A DNA stretch of 64,000 bases, from positions 55,630 to 119,629 of the IMG/VR virus record IMGVR_UViG_3300018080_006015. One strand, 5' to 3'. A program made the translations under genes and the position numbers. Below, in pieces: positions 56,760 to 64,000 of the stretch; position 1 is the first letter of the stretch, and each line of letters begins with the position of its first letter. The notes beneath the pieces are model-generated. The model made no database searches and was not told the DNA's origin. It worked only from the letters and a program-made list of their open reading frames with translations. The DNA is from a virus.

Positions 56760-57518
56760 ATGATGTTAGATCCTACATATAATATTCCACCAATGGATCC
56801 TCTTTTCATTCCATGTAAAGATACTCCATTAACAGAACAAGAAGTAACTTATTATCTTAGGGAGGCCTGGAAAGAAATATATGGAGAATATCCTTCATTA
56901 GATAGTTTGGCTATTTTATGGGGACAAGTGGCGTTAGAATGTGGTCGTGGCAAATATTCTAGATGTTATAATTTTGGTAATGTTAAAAGGCGTAAAGGAG
57001 AAACATATACTTCGTATGAGTGTGGAGAATATATTAATGGAAAATATTATCAGTTTTGGCCATATCATCCGCAAACATTCTTTATGGCCCATAAATCAGC
57101 TCTAGAGGGCGCCAAATTCCACCTAAAATTTTTAGCAGGACGTAAAAGGTATAAGAAGGCATGGAAAGAAGTAATAAATGGAGACCCAATTAAATATGTA
57201 TATGAATTAAAACGGGGTGGATATTTTACAGCTCCATTAGATAAATATACACAGGTAGTGGTAAACCTAACAAACGAATTTAAAAGACGCGCAGATGAAC
57301 TTATGTCATGGCAACCACCTAAGCCGGAATCAGAACCTAAAGAAGATTATGAGCTGATTCCAGAAATAAAAGAACCAGCTCATGAGGTTACAGATCTAAT
57401 TCCAGACACAAAAGATCCAAATAAAAATCCTGATGAAGAAAAAATTAATACAATTGTAAAAATCTTTATGACAATTTGGGCTTTTATTATTGGTTTATTT
57501 GCGTCTAAGAAACCCTAA
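56760..57518 (+). CDS. Glucosaminidase/GH73-like (lysozyme-fold) peptidoglycan hydrolase
   Basis: QVALECGRG (catalytic Glu), YNFGNVK, LKRGGYFTAP..Y; Pro/Glu linker and amphipathic C-terminal tail. Confidence 0.7.
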   Translation: MMLDPTYNIPPMDPLFIPCKDTPLTEQEVTYYLREAWKEIYGEYPSLDSLAILWGQVALECGRGKYSRCYNFGNVKRRKGETYTSYECGEYINGKYYQFWPYHPQTFFMAHKSALEGAKFHLKFLAGRKRYKKAWKEVINGDPIKYVYELKRGGYFTAPLDKYTQVVVNLTNEFKRRADELMSWQPPKPESEPKEDYELIPEIKEPAHEVTDLIPDTKDPNKNPDEEKINTIVKIFMTIWAFIIGLFASKKP

Positions 57519-57532
57519 TCAGTATTTTATAT

Positions 57533-57958
57533 TTATTTTTTATCTGCGGCTTCCATTTGTTTTACTACTTTATTGGCCCATGATCTTCCGGCGTCACCTC
57601 CCCATAATTCCCAGGCTATTCTACCTTTATCTTCCCAGGGTTGCTTTCCAGGAGGTACCTGTTTAGCTTTTTCGTGTCTGTCGAAAAATGCCTTCATTCT
57701 TCGTATTGTTGCAGGGCTAATAGTATTTCTGTTTTTTAAATTAACCGCTCTTTGAACACCACTGCCAACACCTTCTGATTTGGCTTGTTGCGTACTAAGA
57801 CCGCCTTTTCCTTTATTTTTCTTTCTCCATTCCAAACCTCTAGCGGCGGCTTCTGCGACTGACGTTGGTGGTTTGAAATTTATATGTTCGTATTTTTTAG
57901 GAATGGATGCTTTCTTTATTATTTCTATGGCCTTATAAAATTCTTCTTGTATTATCAT
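57533..57958 (-). CDS. Conserved phage protein of unknown function (RGLEWR...RM..FF.RH...IAWxLWGGDAG type)
   Basis: I recognise this motif set from phage proteins, often fused to or beside head-morphogenesis genes; function not established. Confidence 0.6.
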   Translation of the reverse strand: MIIQEEFYKAIEIIKKASIPKKYEHINFKPPTSVAEAAARGLEWRKKNKGKGGLSTQQAKSEGVGSGVQRAVNLKNRNTISPATIRRMKAFFDRHEKAKQVPPGKQPWEDKGRIAWELWGGDAGRSWANKVVKQMEAADKK

Positions 57959-57974
57959 ATTGGTTCCTAATATT

Positions 57975-58535
57975 TTACTTAGATTTCTTCAGTTTTGGTA
58001 TAACTTTATAAGTTGCCTTCGAATATAATTGCCGCATAGCCTTTCCATATTGTATAGGATCTGCGCCATAATATCCGCACCCATACAATATTCTAGCCGC
58101 CCACTCGGGAGCACCAGCGTCAAATGCTGGCAATGATGATTTGCACATATTGCGTATTACACTCCAATATGCCCTCGAACCCTCTGCAAAATTGGGAAAT
58201 GATCTAAATGGATGGCCGGCAATGATATAATATGGCACCTTTTTAAGTGTGCTAATATTGCCCAAATTATAATTGTATGTAAGTCTGCCCTGGCCATTTT
58301 CTATAGCAACTTGGCTCCAAGCAACAGCTAAGCGCTTATTTGATGGGGCATATCCAAAAACATCTATATGTCCTTTTTTTAACACTTCGGCCAATGGTAC
58401 AACCTTGATTGGCGTATGCGTTTTTGGAACTCTATTAGGATTTTTATTTTCCGCATGTGTTATATTAGTAGATATAATAATTAACGTTAAAACTATAGTT
58501 AAGATCTTGAATATTCTAAATAATTTTTCTTTCAT
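57975..58535 (-). CDS. Second GH73-like hydrolase, with N-terminal signal/anchor
   Basis: WSQVAIENGQG, YNLGNI, FRSF..FAEG, GYYGADP..Y parallel the 56760 protein; hydrophobic N-terminus ending THA-E. Confidence 0.65.
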   Translation of the reverse strand: MKEKLFRIFKILTIVLTLIIISTNITHAENKNPNRVPKTHTPIKVVPLAEVLKKGHIDVFGYAPSNKRLAVAWSQVAIENGQGRLTYNYNLGNISTLKKVPYYIIAGHPFRSFPNFAEGSRAYWSVIRNMCKSSLPAFDAGAPEWAARILYGCGYYGADPIQYGKAMRQLYSKATYKVIPKLKKSK

Positions 58536-58576
58536 ACATATATGTCGTTAATTTGCTATATTCGTGAGAGGATGGT

Positions 58577-59386
58577 ATGGGTACAAAAAATACAAGCATT
58601 ATAGCCGCTGGTAAAAAATTTGATGTTGGTTGTCGGGTAATTACTTGGGATGAGGAGGAGGGTTTATCTTTTTACCCCAAAAAACATTTCTATGCAAGAA
58701 ATTGGTCATTTAAAGAATTGCAACAAAAAATGAAATGTTTTGTTGTGCATCATTCTGTTACATATACGGCTCATAGTATGTTTCGCGGATTAAATGCCAG
58801 GGGATTAAGTGTAAATTTCATGATAGATGATGATATCAATGAGGACGGAATAGCAACTATATATCAGTGCGCGGATATTAAAGAAGGATGTTGGTCACAT
58901 TATCCGCTAAACGAAGAAGGACCTGGCGTAGAAATTAGTTATCATCCAGAATATTGGGATAATCCTAATCTGTATTCTGCATATTATCAGGCTAAGTTTG
59001 GTGTTCAGCCGCATGATGTTGTAACAGACGTTATTCGTGGAAGAAAATTTAAGGTTTTCGCTCCTACAGAGGCTCAAGTAAAAGCATGTATACGACTTCT
59101 TTGGGGTTTCCACGAACTATTTCCAAATGTTAGGCCAGAGTTTCCCAAAGATGAAAATGGAAATGTTAGCAAGGTTACAAGAAAAGAAATTCAAGATGGT
59201 TTTCTTGCGCATTTCCATGTGAGTAATGTAAAAGTAGATCCTATGGGGTTTCCTTTTGAAAGAGTTGAGAAAGAAGTAGAACAATTACACAAAGAATATC
59301 AAAATAAACAGAGTAATAAACCTACAATCACATTTGTTTCAGGAATATGGGACAAAATTTCTTCATTAATGAAATTAAGAGGATAA
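58577..59386 (+). CDS. N-acetylmuramoyl-L-alanine amidase (Amidase_2-like)
   Basis: FVVHHS, SVNFMID, IYQ..D...WSH, GVEI, TEAQ, AHFHV...KVDP. Confidence 0.82.
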   Translation: MGTKNTSIIAAGKKFDVGCRVITWDEEEGLSFYPKKHFYARNWSFKELQQKMKCFVVHHSVTYTAHSMFRGLNARGLSVNFMIDDDINEDGIATIYQCADIKEGCWSHYPLNEEGPGVEISYHPEYWDNPNLYSAYYQAKFGVQPHDVVTDVIRGRKFKVFAPTEAQVKACIRLLWGFHELFPNVRPEFPKDENGNVSKVTRKEIQDGFLAHFHVSNVKVDPMGFPFERVEKEVEQLHKEYQNKQSNKPTITFVSGIWDKISSLMKLRG

Positions 59387-59387
59387 T

Positions 59388-60317
59388 ATGCCAGAAATTA
59401 GAGACGTAATAATAAATGTATATTCTTGTTCTGCTCAGGCTCCGTGTCATAAGTGGAAAGATGAGTTTTTTACTAATTCCCCTATAATTATAAATGTACC
59501 AGGTGGAAGCTCGTCTATTTATAGAACATCAGCAATAAGATGGGCAAAAACTGGTGATGCATTTAAAGCAGCTGTAAAAGAAAGAACGGGACTAGATATC
59601 GAAGTTGGCAAACGGGGATTAACTACATTTTCTTTGGGCTGGACTTTTGCTGATGAGTTGCTTAAGTTTAAATCAGAAAGAGATAAACTTGATACCTATT
59701 TGTTATTAGACGGGTGTCACACATCTACATTGGATCATTGGATTCAATATGCAAAAAGAGCCGCAGAAGGAGATGCATTTATGGCTATGGCCCATTCTAG
59801 TATTGTTCCGCCATTTGTTAGCACTACTGTTACAAATTCTAAGATTTTTGATGAGGCATTTAAGCTTAGAGAAAAATATCCCGATCCAATTGAAATTCCC
59901 GATTATATATTGCACGCCAAACTGCCAGATAAAGGCGTAACAATTTCTTTGGGTGCCTCACCTGGTTTGCCAGCTATATCAAAAACATGGACAGAAGATC
60001 CATTGAAGAATAATGTGGTTGCTGGTAATTTGACACGTTTTCATTATACCGGTAATGATAGGCCAGATCATGTTTATATTGCTTGGTATGTAAGTAAGAG
60101 ATTGTGGAATTGGTTTGGTGATACGTGGTCTGAGGAAAAAGAAGAAATATCTCCAGAGCCCATACCGGATGTTACCACAGAAGACGAACCAGAACCCGCC
60201 CAAGATCCAATCCAAAAACCCGAACAACCAGAGGATAATAAGGAAAAAGCAACTGTTACGGGTTGGCAGGCTTTTATTGCTGTATTGTTATCATTTTTAA
60301 GAAAGCTATTTAGTTAG
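59388..60317 (+). CDS. Alpha/beta-hydrolase-like protein with Pro/Glu linker and amphipathic C-terminal tail
   Basis: Nucleophile-elbow-like TFSLG, LLLDGCH and a late His (RPDH). Confidence 0.5.
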   Translation: MPEIRDVIINVYSCSAQAPCHKWKDEFFTNSPIIINVPGGSSSIYRTSAIRWAKTGDAFKAAVKERTGLDIEVGKRGLTTFSLGWTFADELLKFKSERDKLDTYLLLDGCHTSTLDHWIQYAKRAAEGDAFMAMAHSSIVPPFVSTTVTNSKIFDEAFKLREKYPDPIEIPDYILHAKLPDKGVTISLGASPGLPAISKTWTEDPLKNNVVAGNLTRFHYTGNDRPDHVYIAWYVSKRLWNWFGDTWSEEKEEISPEPIPDVTTEDEPEPAQDPIQKPEQPEDNKEKATVTGWQAFIAVLLSFLRKLFS

Positions 60318-60925
60318 TTTCTTTTGGAGAAATTGCTGAATGCTCTTTTTTTGTCGATATTTTTAGGCCTTTTTTTAATTTCTTCTACGGGTGTTTCCGG
60401 CCCAAAGATTTCTTCCATATCTTCTTTTGATTTTTGTTGGGCTGCTCTGTAAGATTTAGGTGGCATTGCAGGCAAACTTTTCTCCTCTTCCTGTGCTACA
60501 CATTCTATTTCTTCTACTATTTTTATTTCTCTTTTTTTACTTTTCCAAGGCTTTTTTTTTGAGGGGGTTTTCTTTTTGCCAGATTTCTCACTTCTTTTTT
60601 TTGATTTTGTGCTATTTTCTTTTTCTTCCTTTTCAGCCAATACCGTTTCGCGATGTTGCTTGGCCCTTTCAACCTTCTCTCTTCGTTCTTCTTCTTTTTC
60701 CAAATCTTTTTTTAATCTGGCTCTTTCTTTCTTTGCCCCCTTGTTCGGTCCAAGTTTTTGATCTAGCTTTTCTATTTTTTGCATTGTGTTAAGATTATTA
60801 TGTTCTTTTTGCCGAACATTCGCACTTTCTTTACGTTGTTCTTTCTTCTTTATTCGGCTTGGCTTGTGCCAGCTGATTTTCCCGATTTGAGCTTTTTCTT
60901 CTTGATCTGACATTTCTTTCTCCAT
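60314..60925 (-). CDS. Highly charged Lys/Glu-rich hypothetical protein
   Basis: Low-complexity basic coiled-coil ORF, colinear with the other minus-strand genes. Confidence 0.6.
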   Translation of the reverse strand: MEKEMSDQEEKAQIGKISWHKPSRIKKKEQRKESANVRQKEHNNLNTMQKIEKLDQKLGPNKGAKKERARLKKDLEKEEERREKVERAKQHRETVLAEKEEKENSTKSKKRSEKSGKKKTPSKKKPWKSKKREIKIVEEIECVAQEEEKSLPAMPPKSYRAAQQKSKEDMEEIFGPETPVEEIKKRPKNIDKKRAFSNFSKRN

Positions 60926-60926
60926 T

Positions 60927-61652
60927 TTAAAACTGTTGAGCTACCATTTTGCATAATTCTATAAAATACTTTTGATTTAATGATCCTTTTACTTTATTGA
61001 TATCTTTATGTACCCATTGCACATTTCCTTTAATATAACCTACAGATGAGTCTATTCTATCTAATGATGCATTTGTTTCATGTGGGAAACTGTTTCTTCC
61101 GAACCATAATTGTTGATTTGTAAGTGCACACTTTTCATTTTGTGATATAAATAATTCCCACAAGTATTTTTTAGAAAGATTAAATTTTATGTTTCTTCTT
61201 TTTGCGCCACGTTTTATTTCGTAAAATTTTGTTCCGCTTATGAGCCCAACTCCTTTAAAAGCTCCGTTATTAGGCCCCCTAATAAATCTGCCTTTTTCTA
61301 TAACAGCGCAGCCACAAGACATAACCCTATTTGATTTAACACTATCGATTCTTTTTATACACTCTTTTCCACACTCACACACACACCTGCAAAATCTTCT
61401 CAGTTTATTTGTTGAATAATGTTCTGGAATATATGTTTTAGGCAATACCTCTAGAACTGTTAATTTATTGTATTTCTTTCCAACTAAATTATCATATGCT
61501 TTGCCGTGAGTAAAATGAGAAAAGTCTATACCAAATTCTATAGCTTGTTTTTTTAGATGATTGTGATGCTTTATACCAAGGTACCTTGCTGCTCCACGGA
61601 AACTTGTACTGTTTTTTACAGCTTCTTCTAGTTTAACAATATCTGTTTTCAC
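60927..61652 (-). CDS. Free-standing HNH-type homing endonuclease
   Basis: GKKYNKLTV..CRCVCECG...SCGC domain, AKRRNIKFNL, CALT, SLDRIDS..GY..GNVQWV...N..K. GGAGG before GTG 61652 suggests this start rather than 61724. Confidence 0.8.
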   Translation of the reverse strand: MKTDIVKLEEAVKNSTSFRGAARYLGIKHHNHLKKQAIEFGIDFSHFTHGKAYDNLVGKKYNKLTVLEVLPKTYIPEHYSTNKLRRFCRCVCECGKECIKRIDSVKSNRVMSCGCAVIEKGRFIRGPNNGAFKGVGLISGTKFYEIKRGAKRRNIKFNLSKKYLWELFISQNEKCALTNQQLWFGRNSFPHETNASLDRIDSSVGYIKGNVQWVHKDINKVKGSLNQKYFIELCKMVAQQF

Positions 61653-61720
61653 ATAACCTCCCAAATAACTACCATTGCTTGGTATTTGTATGTTACAATA
61701 GTAGTTGTTTGGGATTATTA

Positions 61721-62224
61721 TCATTCTGGCAAGTCATATATTGTTACATTTATTCCTTTAGATATTAGCGTTTTCTTTATTATATTTTCAATTATTGACC
61801 AATCTTTACAACCACCAAGACCACAGCCAAATTTGGGGCCATGCACACTACTTCCATTATATTTGGCAATTTTTGCAACTTTCTCTAAGCACGTTTCCAA
61901 AGCATCATATCGAATTGGTGGTTTTCCATCTTTGTCGGATTTGATATCATGCTGTGCAATCATATTTATAATTGTGGTGTCAGATTGTACGTTTACCTCT
62001 TGGATCTCACCAAGTAGAAATCTATTTTGTGATCTATACCATCTTCTATATTCTTCCTCTGGTTTTTTCCAACGTTTGCTCAAAGATAATACGAAGCCCT
62101 TCCCCCATTTTCCTACATCATTGCAAATATGAATAATAATTCTATGACCTGCAGAAACCGGAACTGTGGCGTCTCCGGTCTTATATCTTAAATGTCCTTG
62201 CATAAAATTTCTTGGTTGCTCCAT
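61721..62224 (-). CDS. Macrodomain protein, TARG1/DarG/Poa1p-like ADP-ribose hydrolase
   Basis: YKTGDAT, IIHICND.G.WGKGF, NMIAQ, IRYDAL..CL, PKFGCGLGG..W. Confidence 0.88.
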   Translation of the reverse strand: MEQPRNFMQGHLRYKTGDATVPVSAGHRIIIHICNDVGKWGKGFVLSLSKRWKKPEEEYRRWYRSQNRFLLGEIQEVNVQSDTTIINMIAQHDIKSDKDGKPPIRYDALETCLEKVAKIAKYNGSSVHGPKFGCGLGGCKDWSIIENIIKKTLISKGINVTIYDLPE

Positions 62225-62841
62225 TATATCTCCAAATCATTTATTATTTTGTTACTAAGATCTTCATTAAAATATAACATTTTTTCTTTAAGCTTATTAT
62301 TAGGAGGCCATATAGTAGCCCACGATTTTGTTATTTTAGCTGCTATAGGTCCTTGAATTCTTAATATATCTACCGCTAAATAATCAAAAACATTAATATT
62401 TTTGACTATAGGTCGTAATGTGTTTATGCCACAACTAAGTGGTGGTTGATTTTTATTCCATTCGTTTTTGGATAAGGAGATTAATCTTAAGCGCTTGTCT
62501 CGACCAAACAACCAAATAAAAGATATATTCATTTCATTATCATTATCTCTCCCAAATGAAACAAAACCCCATGTGCTCATTTTAGATAGTTTTTTGGGAT
62601 GGGCTTTAAAATATAAATCAGTTACAAGTGTATCTATTTTATTAGAGGAGCTGTTTACAATAGAATTAATCTTTTTCTTATTGGTAATCTTTAAATAATT
62701 GCCCAAATGATCTGTCCAACTTTTCCAAGAGTTGAGCGGATATAAATCACAAATCTCGATAATTGTGGCAATTTCGGGGCTATGCGGAAGAAACGCTTTT
62801 ACATTTTCAACCGCTTGTTTTCTATTTATAGTTTTTTTCAT
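62224..62841 (-). CDS. Hypothetical protein
   Basis: Stop/start coupled to the macrodomain gene. Confidence 0.65.
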   Translation of the reverse strand: MKKTINRKQAVENVKAFLPHSPEIATIIEICDLYPLNSWKSWTDHLGNYLKITNKKKINSIVNSSSNKIDTLVTDLYFKAHPKKLSKMSTWGFVSFGRDNDNEMNISFIWLFGRDKRLRLISLSKNEWNKNQPPLSCGINTLRPIVKNINVFDYLAVDILRIQGPIAAKITKSWATIWPPNNKLKEKMLYFNEDLSNKIINDLEI

Positions 62842-63301
62842 TCAGAAACAATTTGGCCAATTCTTTTTCATTAATAATTTCGCCCGACTCTATTAGTTGG
62901 AAAGCTTTTTTCATCATTTCGCCATTTAAAATCTCTTTTTGTTTTTTGAATTTATCCATGGCTATTTTGTATTCAGAAAGATCTTTTTTCCATTTAGCGT
63001 ATTTTTGTTTATATTTATTAAGTCTTTTTTGATAAGATAACATTTTTTGTTTAAGTTTTGGATTGGGCATTTCTTTTGAATATTGTATTTCAACAACGGC
63101 ACCATATTCCTCGGTCTCGATGTTTATATGAACATTATTTGGATCAATTTTTTGCTCTTCACATACCTTTAAAAGAGTTTTTATCGATATATGATCGCCA
63201 CATAATCTCTCATCGTATAGGTATGATATCTCCGAGATAGTTTCTTGTGGTTTACACGGTCTAGTTGGCTTTATTGGCCTTATTGGTTTATTTAGTTTCA
63301 T
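62822..63301 (-). CDS. Hypothetical coiled-coil protein
   Basis: ATGA overlap with nadE. Confidence 0.6.
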   Translation of the reverse strand: MKLNKPIRPIKPTRPCKPQETISEISYLYDERLCGDHISIKTLLKVCEEQKIDPNNVHINIETEEYGAVVEIQYSKEMPNPKLKQKMLSYQKRLNKYKQKYAKWKKDLSEYKIAMDKFKKQKEILNGEMMKKAFQLIESGEIINEKELAKLFLNEKNYK

Positions 63302-64000
63302 CTTACAAAACCCTCTATATGTCTTATTTTACATATCGGAATAGCTGGGTTGTGTTTGTGCCTGGTTAACTTTTCCATCTGATGAATTTTAGCCACCACT
63401 ATTCGTTGACGTCCTGTTAATCGCATCCAAGCCCTATGATTTACAGGATCTTGTTCATTAGTAATTATTTGATTTTTTTCATTTTCCCTATCAGCCCATT
63501 CTATTTCGTCATATGTTACGCCCATCTCTTCTTCGTCTGTTTGATTAGCGTTAGGTCCCCATAAATCTGCCGTAGGTTTTGCGTCAATAATCTTTTGCGC
63601 ACTCTTTGGAATATTGCCATCTTTATCTGTAACCAAATATCTAAACAATTCATACACTTCGCTTTTATATAAATCTCCAATGGGCGAAATATCTACGCAA
63701 CCATCGCCAAATTTGTTGTAATATCTAACCAAATTATCTTCACATCTGTTTCCTGTCCCAACAATTAAACCTCGATAAACATGTGATAAATAAGATAGTA
63801 CAGGGGTTCTTAAGCAAGATTTTAATGTTCCTGTTGGTACATTGTTTTTCAGATTTTGTTTTATATCAGCGCTTTCATGAAAGGTTTCAATAGCTATCTC
63901 ATTTTTAATTACAGAATAACCTTCACTCAAATCAAATGAAAAAAATTTTAAATCAAAATCTTTGGCAAAATAATATGCGTTGTCGGCTACATTAGAAGAA
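63298..64000 (-). CDS. nadE: NAD+ synthetase; 5' end outside the window
   Basis: The frame is open to the window edge; motifs VGTGN..E, YYNKFGDG..DISPIGDLYKSEVY, KPTADLW, QTDEEEMGVTYDE. Confidence 0.9.
   Translation of the reverse strand, partial: SSNVADNAYYFAKDFDLKFFSFDLSEGYSVIKNEIAIETFHESADIKQNLKNNVPTGTLKSCLRTPVLSYLSHVYRGLIVGTGNRCEDNLVRYYNKFGDGCVDISPIGDLYKSEVYELFRYLVTDKDGNIPKSAQKIIDAKPTADLWGPNANQTDEEEMGVTYDEIEWADRENEKNQIITNEQDPVNHRAWMRLTGRQRIVVAKIHQMEKLTRHKHNPAIPICKIRHIEGFVR

Noticed and set aside
1-64000. Stop-codon reassignment as seen in some jumbo phages
   Set aside because: Coding density is high in the standard code, and TAA, TAG (4296, 25309, 49653) and TGA (43888, 53482) all end genes at sensible positions, several matching paralogue ends.

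Overview
This window looks like part of a large AT-rich (probably jumbo) tailed-phage genome read in the standard genetic code. Peptidoglycan hydrolases, a lipoprotein and AGGAG(G) ribosome-binding sites point to a bacterial host; class II RNR and a DUF5320-like gene hint at an anaerobe. Positions 1-4.3 kb hold the 3' part of an intein-containing ribonucleotide reductase, a methionine aminopeptidase and an HTH protein. Positions 4.5-49.7 kb are a ~45 kb + strand cluster of acidic, Gly-rich, mutually paralogous fibre/virion-like proteins (up to 5319 aa) built from shuffled modules. Six of them are densely seeded with the tripeptide DGY in unrelated contexts. The cluster also contains three tandem Zn-finger-tipped paralogues and ends in a GC-rich segment that begins mid-gene. 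Positions 50-64 kb are accessory genes: two zinc metalloproteases, an FAD oxidoreductase, a DEDDh exonuclease, cell-wall hydrolases (three enzymes share an amphipathic C-terminal tail), an HNH endonuclease, a TARG1/DarG-type macrodomain and NAD+ synthetase (cut by the window edge). No tRNA, rRNA, CRISPR array, reverse transcriptase or integrase was seen. All assignments come from motifs read by eye, and all counts are manual.
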